Assembly (NCBI GenBank): GCA_036505535.1
Contig: DASXTI010000148.1
Location: 19,345 to 83,344, forward strand
Length of the DNA: 64,000 nucleotides
Origin: Thermoanaerobaculia bacterium
Lineage (GTDB): Bacteria > Acidobacteriota > Thermoanaerobaculia > UBA5066 > Gp7-AA6
Direction: 5' to 3'
Positions within the stretch are counted from its first letter, which is position 1; each line of letters starts with the position of its first letter. The notes under the pieces were generated by a model. The model was not told the origin of the DNA and searched no databases. It was given only the letters and a program-made list of their open reading frames with translations. The position numbers and the translations under genes are program-made. Positions 41,589-50,487 of the stretch are shown in pieces.

Positions 41589-43013
41589 ATGGATCGCGTC
41601 ATAGGTGTGCCGCTCTCCGAGCAGGTCTGTGGCGCAATCGAAAGTCGAATTGCGGGCGGAGTTTTTCCCGAGAACAGTCGGCTCCCGACAACGCGCGAGC
41701 TTGCGGCGGCGCTCGGGATCAATCGAGGCACCGTCCAGGCAGCATATCGGCGGCTGCGCGAGAAAGGCCTGGTGGAAAGCCGGGTTGGAAGTGGCACGGT
41801 CGTGCGGGGCTTTCCGCATCCTTCGGAGCTACCCTTTCGACTCTCCGAGCTTCTCTCGCGGCGCGCGATCGAGCTTCCGGAGGAGTCCCCCGTCGTTCCG
41901 ACTCCCCCGCTCATGGCCGACTTTTCCCGTCTGGCTCCCGACGAGAGGTTTTTCCCGATCGAGGAGTTCACGTGCACGGTATCCGACGCGTGGAGCCGCC
42001 GGAGAGACCTCTGGCAATACGCTCCCCCGCTCGGTTTGGAGGAATTACGCCGCGAAGTCTGCCGCCGCCTCCAGGAACACGGCATCGAACGCTCTTGCGA
42101 CGAGATCCTGGTGACCAGCGGCGCCCAGCAAGGCCTGGATCTTCTGTTCCGGACGTTTGCCGATCCGGACGATCTCGTGGCGATGGAATCGCCGACATAT
42201 CCGGGGGCCCTCGCACTCGCGAGGCTGGCGGGCGTCTCTGTGCTCCCGCTTCCGATGGATCCCGAGGGACCGGATCCCCGGGCGCTCTATGGCCGGCACG
42301 CCAAGCTCGTGTACGTGATGTCGGAGCGCCAGAACCCCACGGGCATCACGACGAGCGAAGAACGGCGGCAGGAATTGCTCGAGGCGGCGATTTCCGCCGG
42401 GGCGCTTCTCATCGAGGACGGCTACGAGGAGCCCGAGTCGGGCTTGGTCCCGCTATCGGTCCGCCGGCCGGACCGCACGATATGGCTCGGGACCTTGTCG
42501 AAGGATCTCGTACCCGGATTCCGCATTGGATGGATCGGCGCGGCGCGGCCGATCATCGAGCGCCTGGCGCGCGTCAAGAAGGCGACCGATTTCCAGACTC
42601 CCGTTCCGCTCCAGGCGGCCGTCGCCGCCTTCTTGCGTGCGGGCTCGGACCGCAGGGTGCGCCAGAACCGCGGCGAGGAGGTGGCCTTGCGCGTCTTGGC
42701 CGCGTCTCGCGCCTTGGAAGAGCACATGCCGGAGGTGAGCTGGTGGGGCGGCGAAGGCGTGAACCCGCTCTTCTGGCTGCACCTGCCCGACGGCCTTTCG
42801 GGACGGCGCGTTGCGGAGGCGGCAGCGGCCAGGGGAGTTGCGGTCGCGCCCGGCCAGGATTTCGATCCGAAAGGGGAGGACCGTCCGAATGTGCGGCTCT
42901 CCGTATCTCGCGTCGAACGGCGCGAGATTGATCGGGGAATCGCACTGCTGGCGGAGGCGATGCGGGAAGTGCAGTCGAGATCGGGCGCGGCGCTCGGAGC
43001 GCCGGTGGTGTGA
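41589..43013 (+). CDS. MocR-type regulator: GntR wHTH fused to a fold-type-I aminotransferase-like domain (PdxR-like by context)
   Basis: PLSEQVCGAIESRIAGGVFPENSRLPTTRELAAALGINRGTVQAAYRRLREKGLVESRVGSGTVV (GntR HTH), then Y..P.G..ELR..V..., TSGAQQGLDLL, P.YPGA, and the conserved Lys region GTLSKDLVPGFRIGW. The start is uncertain (GTG 41532, ATG 41556 or ATG 41589). Confidence 0.8.
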   Translation: MDRVIGVPLSEQVCGAIESRIAGGVFPENSRLPTTRELAAALGINRGTVQAAYRRLREKGLVESRVGSGTVVRGFPHPSELPFRLSELLSRRAIELPEESPVVPTPPLMADFSRLAPDERFFPIEEFTCTVSDAWSRRRDLWQYAPPLGLEELRREVCRRLQEHGIERSCDEILVTSGAQQGLDLLFRTFADPDDLVAMESPTYPGALALARLAGVSVLPLPMDPEGPDPRALYGRHAKLVYVMSERQNPTGITTSEERRQELLEAAISAGALLIEDGYEEPESGLVPLSVRRPDRTIWLGTLSKDLVPGFRIGWIGAARPIIERLARVKKATDFQTPVPLQAAVAAFLRAGSDRRVRQNRGEEVALRVLAASRALEEHMPEVSWWGGEGVNPLFWLHLPDGLSGRRVAEAAAARGVAVAPGQDFDPKGEDRPNVRLSVSRVERREIDRGIALLAEAMREVQSRSGAALGAPVV

Positions 43014-43019
43014 ATGTGA

Positions 43020-43088
43020 GTTTCAGGTTTCAAGTTTCAAGTTTCAGGATCGACTCTGACTTGGAACCTGAAACCTGAAACTTGGAAC
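43020..43088. repeat. heptamer-array inverted repeat (GTTTCAN x4 / YTGRAAC x4) between the MocR gene and pdxS
   Basis: GTTTCAG GTTTCAA GTTTCAA GTTTCAG - 13 nt - TTGGAAC CTGAAAC CTGAAAC TTGGAAC. It starts 7 nt after the stop codon and ends 22 nt before the pdxS ATG (SD GGGAGG lies between). Confidence 0.85.
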
Positions 43089-43110
43089 CCCGAATAGGGA
43101 GGTCACGCGG

Positions 43111-43995
43111 ATGAACACGAACGATTCTTTCCGGGTAAAGGTTGGTCTCGCCGAGATGCTGAAGGGCGGCGTCATCATGGACGTCGTCAACGCCGAGCAG
43201 GCGAAAATCGCGGAGGCGGCGGGCGCCGCCGCGGTGATGGCGCTCGAGCGTGTTCCGGCGGATATCCGGCGCGACGGGGGAGTCGCGCGGATGTCGCCCG
43301 TCTCGAAGATCCGAGAGATCCAACAAGCCGTTTCGATCCCCGTCATGGCGAAGTGCCGTATCGGACACCTGGCCGAGGCCCGGATACTGGAGGCGCTGAA
43401 GGTCGACTTCATCGACGAATCGGAGGTCCTGACACCTGCCGACGAGGAGAATCACGTCTACAAGCACGACTTCACGGTGCCGTTCGTCTGCGGGTGCCGC
43501 AACCTCGGAGAGGCGCTCCGCCGGATCGGAGAAGGCGCGGCGATGATCCGCACGAAGGGGGAGGCGGGCACCGGCGATATCGTCCATGCCGTCAAGCACC
43601 TCCGGGAGGTTCATCGGGAGATCAAGACGCTGACCCAGCTCACGAAGGACGAGCTCATGGCGGCTGCGAAAGGGTTACAGGCGCCCTTCGAGCTCGTCGT
43701 CGCGGTCGCCGAGAACGGAAAGCTTCCCGTGCCGAATTTCGCGGCCGGAGGGATTGCCACACCTGCCGACGCCGCGCTCTGTATGACGCTCGGCGCCGAG
43801 GCCGTCTTCGTCGGATCGGGGATCTTCAAGTCGGACGATCCGGAACAGCGCGCCCGCGCCATCGTCAAGGCGACCACCCACTGGCGGGACGCCGAAGCCT
43901 TACTTGAGGCCGAAGAGTCGCTCGGATCCGGCATGAAGGGGATCGAGGCCTCCAGCCTCCCGGAAGAGGCCCAGCTCCAGACCCGCGGCTGGTGA
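43111..43995 (+). CDS. pdxS: pyridoxal 5'-phosphate synthase lyase subunit PdxS
   Basis: [84 protein letters not shown]. Confidence 0.97.
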   Translation: MNTNDSFRVKVGLAEMLKGGVIMDVVNAEQAKIAEAAGAAAVMALERVPADIRRDGGVARMSPVSKIREIQQAVSIPVMAKCRIGHLAEARILEALKVDFIDESEVLTPADEENHVYKHDFTVPFVCGCRNLGEALRRIGEGAAMIRTKGEAGTGDIVHAVKHLREVHREIKTLTQLTKDELMAAAKGLQAPFELVVAVAENGKLPVPNFAAGGIATPADAALCMTLGAEAVFVGSGIFKSDDPEQRARAIVKATTHWRDAEALLEAEESLGSGMKGIEASSLPEEAQLQTRGW

Positions 43996-44008
43996 TGGAA
44001 AGGAACTG

Positions 44009-44599
44009 TTGAAGACCGTCCCTGTCGCGGTTCTGGCCCTTCAGGGGGACTTCGAGGCACATCGCCGGGCGCTCGCGGAGATCGGTCTGGAAAGCCTCGA
44101 AGCGAAGAGGCCGGAAGATCTGAGCGAAGCCGCCGGTCTGGTCATCCCCGGCGGGGAGTCGACGACCCTGTGGAAGTTCTTCGAGGCCGAGCCATGGGAG
44201 AAGGCCTTTCGCGGCTTCGCCGCGGCGGGCCGGCCAATTCTCGGCACCTGTGCCGGCGCGATCGTGTTGGCGCGCGAGGTCACGAATCCCGCCCAGAAGG
44301 GGCTGGGGTTGATCGACATCGCCGTCGAACGCAACGCCTACGGCCGCCAGGCCGACTCCTTCATCGGCGAGGTCTCCTGCCCGCCCCTCGGTTCGCCCAT
44401 GAGCGCCGTATTCATCCGTGCGCCGCGGATCCGTCGGGTCGGCGCCGGCGTGGAAGTCCTTGGGCGCCGCGGCGACGAGCCCGTGCTCGTGCGAAAGGGC
44501 CGTATCGTGGCCGCGACCTTCCATCCCGAGCTGACCCCCGATCGGCGGATCCACCGGCTGCTCTTCGCGGGGCAGGCATCGGCCAGGAGGAGCGCGTGA
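44009..44599 (+). CDS. pdxT: pyridoxal 5'-phosphate synthase glutaminase subunit PdxT
   Basis: TTG start. VAVLALQGDFEAH, GLVIPGGESTT, GTCAG.I.LA (catalytic Cys), ATFHPELT. Confidence 0.93.
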   Translation: MKTVPVAVLALQGDFEAHRRALAEIGLESLEAKRPEDLSEAAGLVIPGGESTTLWKFFEAEPWEKAFRGFAAAGRPILGTCAGAIVLAREVTNPAQKGLGLIDIAVERNAYGRQADSFIGEVSCPPLGSPMSAVFIRAPRIRRVGAGVEVLGRRGDEPVLVRKGRIVAATFHPELTPDRRIHRLLFAGQASARRSA

Positions 44600-45345
44600 G
44601 CGCCCTCTCCATCGAGGTCCGCAATGAAGTCGCCGTCTTCACGTTGAACCGCCCAAAAGCGAACGCGCTGGATTCGGGGTTGATCGCCGAGATCTCGAGC
44701 GCGTTTGCGTCTCATACCACCGCCCGCGCGGTCGTCCTGGCCTCGGCGCTGCCGGGTCTGTTTTCGGCTGGCTGGGACCTACCGCTCTTGGTCGACTCGG
44801 ACCGAAAGGCGATGCAGGAGTTCCTCGGCCGCTTTTGCGACCTGGTGCGCGAGATATTCGTCTTCGGTCCGCCCGTCGTAGCGGCTCTGTCCGGCCACGC
44901 GATTGCCGGGGGTTTGATCCTCGCGATGGCGGCCGACGAGCGCATTGCCGCAGAGGGGAAGGGCAAGGTTGGTCTATCGGAGGTCATTCTGGGCGTACCG
45001 GTTCCGGCATGCTGTCTCGAGGTCTTCCGTCATGCGATCGGCGCACGGGCCATGGAGCGGCTCGCGGCAACCGGTGAGAACCTCGCGGTGGACCGCGCGC
45101 TGGCGGCCGGACTCGTCGACCGCATCGCGCCCGCCGAGGAGCTTCTGGATCGTGCCGTGGAGCGCGCGCGCATCCTGGCCGGCCTGTCGGCAGCGGCGTA
45201 CGCCAGCATCAAGCTGCGCACGCGCGCGGCCGCGATCGCGCGGTTCGACCAGGCCCGCGAGCGCGACCCGTTCCTGGACTTCTGGTTCAGCCAGGACGCG
45301 CGGTTCCGAATCAAGGACATGGTCGCGAGGCTCGGAGCGAGGTGA
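44596..45345 (+). CDS. enoyl-CoA hydratase/isomerase (crotonase) family protein
   Basis: GTG 44596 in a GTGA overlap with the pdxT stop. VAVFTLNRPKANALD..L..E......, FSAGWDL, PVVAALSGHAIAGGL.LA.A.D.RIA. The track lists this frame only as part of a longer overlapping ORF (44170..45345). Confidence 0.8.
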   Translation: MSALSIEVRNEVAVFTLNRPKANALDSGLIAEISSAFASHTTARAVVLASALPGLFSAGWDLPLLVDSDRKAMQEFLGRFCDLVREIFVFGPPVVAALSGHAIAGGLILAMAADERIAAEGKGKVGLSEVILGVPVPACCLEVFRHAIGARAMERLAATGENLAVDRALAAGLVDRIAPAEELLDRAVERARILAGLSAAAYASIKLRTRAAAIARFDQARERDPFLDFWFSQDARFRIKDMVARLGAR

Positions 45346-45359
45346 GGTTGAGGAGGACA

Positions 45360-45438
45360 ATTGACGATTGCCGATTGGCGATTGATGATTAGTACCTCGT
45401 GTTAACAATCGACAATCGGAAATCGACAATCATCAATC
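45360..45438. repeat. heptamer-array inverted repeat (ATTGNNG x4 / AATCNNN x5)
   Basis: ATTGACG ATTGCCG ATTGGCG ATTGATG att - 16 nt - AATCGAC AATCGGA AATCGAC AATCATC AATCCTT. Same family as 28107..28206 and 55474..55552. Confidence 0.85.
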
Positions 45439-45457
45439 CTTCACGCTCGGCGCTCCC

Positions 45458-46684
45458 TTGACGATCTCCGAACCCCTTCTCTCTGACATCCTCGACGCCC
45501 TCGATCTCTCCCGCGCCCAGCCCGGAGTCGGCTTCCTCGAAGCCCTCTTTACGCGCTTCAACGCCCGCGTCCCCTTCGAGAGCGCAACGAAGATCCTGCG
45601 CAACGCCGAGGTCGGCGATCCATCGGAGAAGCCGCGGACACCCGAGGTCTTCTGGGCCGATCATCTCGAGCGGGGGGCGGGCGGAACGTGTTTTGCCCGC
45701 GTCGCGGCGTTCGACGCGCTTCTATCGGCGCTCGGCTTCGCGACGCGTCGGGTTCTCGGAAGAGTCGAGCGCGACGGGGATCATGCCGCGCTGCTGGTCT
45801 CGAGCGCCGGGGGAGAGACCATTGCGGACGTCGGTTTTCCGCTCCCCGCGCTGCTGCCGGCTCGACCCTCCTCCGTCGAGACGCCGCTCGCAGAGCTCCG
45901 AGTCGACGCGACAGGCCGCGGCCTCTGCGTCCGTCTTCTCGGTGGCGTGCCGGAGGGGCCGCGGTCGATCGAGATCTTCGAGGCGCCGGTATCGGAGGAA
46001 ACGTATCTGGCGCTGTGGCGCGGCACGTTTCAACCGCGGTCGCGCTTCCTTGAGGAGGTCGTCCTGCGCCACGACCTCGGAAGCCGCGTCGTTTCCTTCG
46101 CGAGTGGGGAGATCCGGGTCGACGATCTTCACTCGCGGCTTCGTGTTCCCTTGATCGGCTCGCGTCCCTCGGCGCTCTCTGAGCTTTTCGGCGTGGAAAT
46201 GGAACTCCTCGAGAGGGCCTTCGAGATCGTCGGCGACCCACCTCCGGAAAGCAAAGATGCGACGCTGTCGGCCTATCTCGAGACGGAGGCATCGCCTGCC
46301 GAGGCCTTTGCCGCCATCGCCTCGCGGGAAGGCTACGAACGCCTGCTGCGCGGCGTCGCGGACATCGTCGCGCGCGAAGAAACGCCGACCGGCTTCCGAC
46401 TGGCGCTCTCGGCCTCCGCAGACACTTCCGAAACGAGCGTGGAAGAGGATGTCGCAATCGATTCGGAAGCTCTGCGTCTCGCGATCGTCCGCAAGTCCGG
46501 CGCCTCCGCCTTCCGGTCGTCCTACCGAGCGCAGGAACGGGCGGGAAGGACCTTCTTGATCCGAGAGGCGGTCCTGTCGGGAGCGCGTGAGGATCTTCTG
46601 AGGAACGATTCGCTGCGAGGTCGCCTGGCGGGAACTCTCGCGGTCGATCTCCTGGCGTGGGGGCGGATGCTGGGAACGTCGTAG
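45458..46684 (+). CDS. arylamine N-acetyltransferase (NAT)-like domain fused to a C-terminal SRPBCC-like domain (tentative)
   Basis: TTG start. The N-terminal ~250 aa carry NAT-like triad contexts: RGAGGTCFARVAAFDALLSALGF (Cys), GDHAALLV (His), IADVGFP (Asp). The C-terminal ~150 aa (SAYLETEASPAEAFAAIAS.EGYERLL...) are only loosely START/SRPBCC-like. Confidence 0.5.
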   Translation: MTISEPLLSDILDALDLSRAQPGVGFLEALFTRFNARVPFESATKILRNAEVGDPSEKPRTPEVFWADHLERGAGGTCFARVAAFDALLSALGFATRRVLGRVERDGDHAALLVSSAGGETIADVGFPLPALLPARPSSVETPLAELRVDATGRGLCVRLLGGVPEGPRSIEIFEAPVSEETYLALWRGTFQPRSRFLEEVVLRHDLGSRVVSFASGEIRVDDLHSRLRVPLIGSRPSALSELFGVEMELLERAFEIVGDPPPESKDATLSAYLETEASPAEAFAAIASREGYERLLRGVADIVAREETPTGFRLALSASADTSETSVEEDVAIDSEALRLAIVRKSGASAFRSSYRAQERAGRTFLIREAVLSGAREDLLRNDSLRGRLAGTLAVDLLAWGRMLGTS

Positions 46685-46705
46685 GGGCGGCCCTGGCGGC
46701 CGCCC
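46681..46705. repeat. GC-rich REP-like stem-loop motif between convergent genes
   Basis: GTAGGGGCGGCCctggcGGCCGCCC (GGGCGGCC / GGCCGCCC stem). It is near-identical to 15335..15359 and overlaps the stop codon at 46682..46684. Confidence 0.6.
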
Positions 46706-46730
46706 GACGAAGCCGGGCTTGAGACCTTCA

Positions 46731-47507
46731 TCAGAACCGAAACGACCTCTCTGACTCCAGGAGTCTCAGCCGCGGCTCGTCGAGCGCCGCCACTTCGCGA
46801 CGGATGCGCGAAAGGGACGGCGGCTTCATGTGGTACAGGTACACCGGAACGCGCGCCGGCGCCTTGGCGAGCTCCGCCTGGAGTAGGCGAGGCGTCAGAT
46901 GACAGGAGGCGCGTGCCACCGCGGACTGGCCGTCGGAAAACGATACTTCGAGAAAGATGGCCTTCAGGTCGCGCGCGCGGCGCGCATGGGCCCAGAGCTG
47001 CTCAGTGGGCATCGTGTCGCCGGAGAAAAGAACCCCCCGGCCGGGCTTGGAGACGAGATACCCGTATGCGGGGACGATGTGGTCGACGGGAAGCGGTGTG
47101 AAGGTCACGCTACCCGCCCGGAAGGGCCGGCCCACGGCGAGCGGCCGGAGCACGACTGTCGGCTTCGATCGCGAAGGCAGGCGCGTGAAGTCGGGCCATG
47201 TCGCATCGTTGAACACATGACGGCGCAGCGCCGCCAGGACGGGACCGGGGGCGACGAGCTCGAGCGGCGCGTCGCGCCCATAGAGGTTCTCGACCAAGAA
47301 GGGGAGCGAGGCGATGTGATCGAAGTGGGCGTGTGTCAGCACGATGCGCCGGATCCGGCGCTGGGCTGCCAGCGGCAGCGCCTCGGTCAGCGATCCGGCA
47401 TCGAGCGCCGTTTCTCCGTCGACCAGAAAGGTCGTCATCCGGTATCCCGGCGCGGAGCCGCCATAAGGCCCCAGCACGCGCACTGCGAGGGATGTTCTGC
47501 GGAACAC
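46731..47507 (-). CDS. MBL-fold metallo-hydrolase (class II cyclic-nucleotide phosphodiesterase-like)
   Basis: ..FLVDGETALDAGSL......RRIRRIVLTHAHFDHIASLPFL: HxHxDH metal motif in a 258-aa protein. Confidence 0.65.
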   Translation of the reverse strand: MFRRTSLAVRVLGPYGGSAPGYRMTTFLVDGETALDAGSLTEALPLAAQRRIRRIVLTHAHFDHIASLPFLVENLYGRDAPLELVAPGPVLAALRRHVFNDATWPDFTRLPSRSKPTVVLRPLAVGRPFRAGSVTFTPLPVDHIVPAYGYLVSKPGRGVLFSGDTMPTEQLWAHARRARDLKAIFLEVSFSDGQSAVARASCHLTPRLLQAELAKAPARVPVYLYHMKPPSLSRIRREVAALDEPRLRLLESERSFRF

Positions 47508-47572
47508 CTGAACCGGATTCTACGCGAGTGGGGAGAAAGTGACGGTGCGCCGCCCCACCGACCCGTGCCGCT

Positions 47573-50467
47573 TCAGAACTCCGGTCCGATATAGAACGAC
47601 AGCTTGAAGTTTGAAAGCGACTTCTTGAAATCCCACTGCCTCGAGAAGTCGAAGTGGAGGGGGAGTCCCAGGAAGTTGGTCTGAATGCCGAAGCCGTAGT
47701 CGGCGAGCCCGTCGACGAGCTGGTGGTCGTGCCAGAACTGCCAGTTCTGATTCTTCAGCGCGGCGCCGCCCACATCGATGAAGGCCTTGCCGCGGATCTC
47801 GCGGAAGCCGAGGATTGGAGTGGCGAGAAGATCGATCAGAGGGAAGCGGAACTCGATATTCGCGAAGCCCGCCGTGTTTCCGAAGATTCCGTTGACGTCG
47901 ATCCGGCGGAGTGTGTCGAGGCCGCCGAAAGCCAGCACGTCGGGGAGGTTACCCGTCGCCTGGAACGCATAGAGCCGCACCGCGAAGAGGGATCGCTTCG
48001 TAATCTTGAAGTAGTGCCGCAGATCGGCCGTCAGGTCGAGGGTCAGGGTCGTGGAGCTCTCCCCCTCGATCTTCGTTCCGCCCGTGTAGGGCGCCCACGT
48101 CACCCCGAGCGAGAGCCGGCGCCCCGAGATCGGCCCGAAGGACTCGTACTGCGCCGTATCTCCGACGAGCTTGGCGCCGAATTGAGGGAAGTCGTTCTTG
48201 GCCGTGACCCCGATGATGCGCTGGCCCTCCGGCGTATCGACGATCTCGGGATAGCCGTCGTACTTGCGCGAGAGGAAGCCGACGCTTCCCTCCAGCCGGT
48301 AGTAGCGGTTGAACGGATAGGAGACGAAGAGATTGCCTCCCGTGAACCGATAGGCGTTGCGGGTGCGCTGGATCTGGCCGGTGCTGGTGTCGATCGTCAG
48401 GAAGTAGTAGCGCTGGTCGAAGGCCTCGATGCCTTTCTGGAGCCGCCGGGAGAGATCCGAGTACTGGAACTGGAAGTTGGTGAAGGAGGAGACCGACTGC
48501 AGCGCCGCGATGAAGCGGCGGTCCCCGAGGTTGTCGCCGAAGACCAGGATCGTGTTGGAGAGGAACGTCTGGTCCGTGGCGACGCCGGCCAGAACCTGAG
48601 CGTCTTCGAGGATCAGCTTCCGGCTCGGCTTCTTGCTGATCTTCTCGGGATCCACCGAAACCTCGATCGCCGGCTGGAACGGCGCGATCGTGGTCGGCCC
48701 CGCCGGCGATGGGGCGGGGTTGAGTTCGGCGAGCTTCTTGAACGGCTTCTTCGCGTCGGTCACGTAGAGGGTGAAACGCCTCTTGTAGTAGGCCGTGAAG
48801 ACGAGCCGTTCGCTCCCGTCCCGCCCGATCAAGACCGTGGGGGAGAAACACCCGCCGACGACGTTGGTGTGGAGGAAGGTCTCGCCATTCTCCAGATTGA
48901 TCGAGTAGATGTTGTAGATCCCTCCGTCGCGGTCGGAGGTGAAATAGAGATGCTTGCCGTCGGAGGAGAGGGAAGCGTCTTCGTCGTCCCAGTCGCCGTA
49001 GGTGATCTGCTCCCGCGAGCCGGCGACTCCCGGCTTGAAGCGGAAGATCTTCGCGGTGGTTCCCTGGACCGACGAGTAGTAGACCCACTGGCCGTCGGGA
49101 GAGAAGGTGGGCGCGAAGTCATAGGCGTCGTCTTCGGTCAGATTCGAGAGGGCCTTGGTGTCGAGGTTGTACGAATAGATGTCCGACCGGCCCCCCCGGA
49201 GGCCGCGGAAGACGACGACCTTCCCGTCGGGCGAAAAGGCGGGGTTCAACTGCTGGTCGAGCCCCGGCATGGGGATCATGTCTCGAATGTCCCCGTCGAG
49301 CGCATTCATCAGCACGAGCTCCCGGCCGCGCTCCCGCCGGACGAAGAAGGCCAGACTGTTTCCGTCGGGCGAGACGGCGAGATCGACCCCGCCGATCGGG
49401 CCCGTGGTCAGCCACTGGGCGACGATGTACTCATACCTCGTCTTGAAGCCCTTCGTGAGATTGCGGAAGAGCTTGCGCTCGCGGCTCGAGAACACCACAA
49501 TGTTCGCGTCTTCGCCGAGGGTGGAGATCGCCGCGCCGAGATCGCCGGAGGGGAACGGCCGCACCGAGAGCTCCGCCGTCTGATCCTCGGTTAGCCGGAC
49601 CCGGTCGCCGAAATCGATCGGCTCCCCCTTCTCCGTCAGAATCTTGATGTACTTCTGCCGCAGATAGCGGCGGAAGCGGACGTCGAAATCTTCGGCAGAG
49701 ACGTTGAAGGCGCGCTTCAAGACCTTGTCGATGTTCGGGCCAAGCTGACCGCGGTACTCGAAGACGAAATCGCGGACACCGTCCTTGCCCCACTCCGACT
49801 CCATGAAGTCGAAGACGGCATGGCCGAAGCGGTACGCGAAGAAGCCGTAGATCTGGCGCTCCGCGATCTCCGGGACCTGATCCGCGAGCACCGCGTCGCG
49901 CAGAACCATCCGATCCTTGTCGTCCTCGTCGTTTCCGAAATAGGAGGCCATGCCCTCCGTGAGCCACTGCGGCGCCCCGGAGCTGTAGGCACGCAGGAAA
50001 TTGCCGCCGAACAGAATCTCGAACTGGAAGACGTGCGTGAGCTCGTGCGCGATCAGCTGTTGAAGCTTCAAATCGGGCAGGTCGACCGGCAGGACCATTC
50101 GGTTGCGCGTCGGCAGCGCGAAGGCCCCGACCCCTTCCGGGATGAAGCCCGACAACGTGTTGGTCTGCTCGAAGTCGGAGTGGGTCGCGTAGTAGATGAT
50201 GTTGATCGGCTTGGGGATCTGGAAATTGAGCGCGCGGGAGATGTCGTCGTAGGCGCTCTCCGCATAGGAGGCGACCTTCTGCAGCGAGACCTGCTCCCGG
50301 TCGTAGAAATAGATCGCGAAGTGCGTGGAACGATAGATCTGCCAGTGGAACTTCTCGTAGGCGATCTTGTTCTCGCCGAAATAGGCGTAGTAGGGGGAAA
50401 TGATCTGGCCCGCGGCGGGGGGAGCCGCGGCGGCCGCGAGGATGACGAGCATAAGGAGTTTCTTCAT
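47573..50467 (-). CDS. 964-aa outer-membrane fusion protein: peptidase-MA-like (HExxH) domain + PD40/TolB-type beta-propeller + C-terminal Omp85/D15-like beta-barrel
   Basis: Start reassigned to ATG 50467 (MKKLLMLVILAAAAAPPAAG signal peptide). The track's 226-codon extension is R/G/P-rich and overlaps the upstream gene. HELTHVFQFE...WLTEGMASYF; blades SPDGNSLAFF, SPDGKVVVF, SPDGQWVYYSS, SSDGKHLYFTSDRDG. The last ~350 aa have alternating strands and end ..FKLSFYIGPEF. Confidence 0.8.
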   Translation of the reverse strand: MKKLLMLVILAAAAAPPAAGQIISPYYAYFGENKIAYEKFHWQIYRSTHFAIYFYDREQVSLQKVASYAESAYDDISRALNFQIPKPINIIYYATHSDFEQTNTLSGFIPEGVGAFALPTRNRMVLPVDLPDLKLQQLIAHELTHVFQFEILFGGNFLRAYSSGAPQWLTEGMASYFGNDEDDKDRMVLRDAVLADQVPEIAERQIYGFFAYRFGHAVFDFMESEWGKDGVRDFVFEYRGQLGPNIDKVLKRAFNVSAEDFDVRFRRYLRQKYIKILTEKGEPIDFGDRVRLTEDQTAELSVRPFPSGDLGAAISTLGEDANIVVFSSRERKLFRNLTKGFKTRYEYIVAQWLTTGPIGGVDLAVSPDGNSLAFFVRRERGRELVLMNALDGDIRDMIPMPGLDQQLNPAFSPDGKVVVFRGLRGGRSDIYSYNLDTKALSNLTEDDAYDFAPTFSPDGQWVYYSSVQGTTAKIFRFKPGVAGSREQITYGDWDDEDASLSSDGKHLYFTSDRDGGIYNIYSINLENGETFLHTNVVGGCFSPTVLIGRDGSERLVFTAYYKRRFTLYVTDAKKPFKKLAELNPAPSPAGPTTIAPFQPAIEVSVDPEKISKKPSRKLILEDAQVLAGVATDQTFLSNTILVFGDNLGDRRFIAALQSVSSFTNFQFQYSDLSRRLQKGIEAFDQRYYFLTIDTSTGQIQRTRNAYRFTGGNLFVSYPFNRYYRLEGSVGFLSRKYDGYPEIVDTPEGQRIIGVTAKNDFPQFGAKLVGDTAQYESFGPISGRRLSLGVTWAPYTGGTKIEGESSTTLTLDLTADLRHYFKITKRSLFAVRLYAFQATGNLPDVLAFGGLDTLRRIDVNGIFGNTAGFANIEFRFPLIDLLATPILGFREIRGKAFIDVGGAALKNQNWQFWHDHQLVDGLADYGFGIQTNFLGLPLHFDFSRQWDFKKSLSNFKLSFYIGPEF

Positions 50468-50487
50468 GGGTTTTGGGAAAAGGGGGT

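Noticed and set aside
41964-41979. parS-like sequence GAGTTCACGTGCACGG
   Set aside because: Only about 9 of 16 positions match the TGTTNCACGTGAAACA consensus, and it lies inside the MocR coding region. I found no convincing canonical parS in the window by eye; a proper pattern search is needed.
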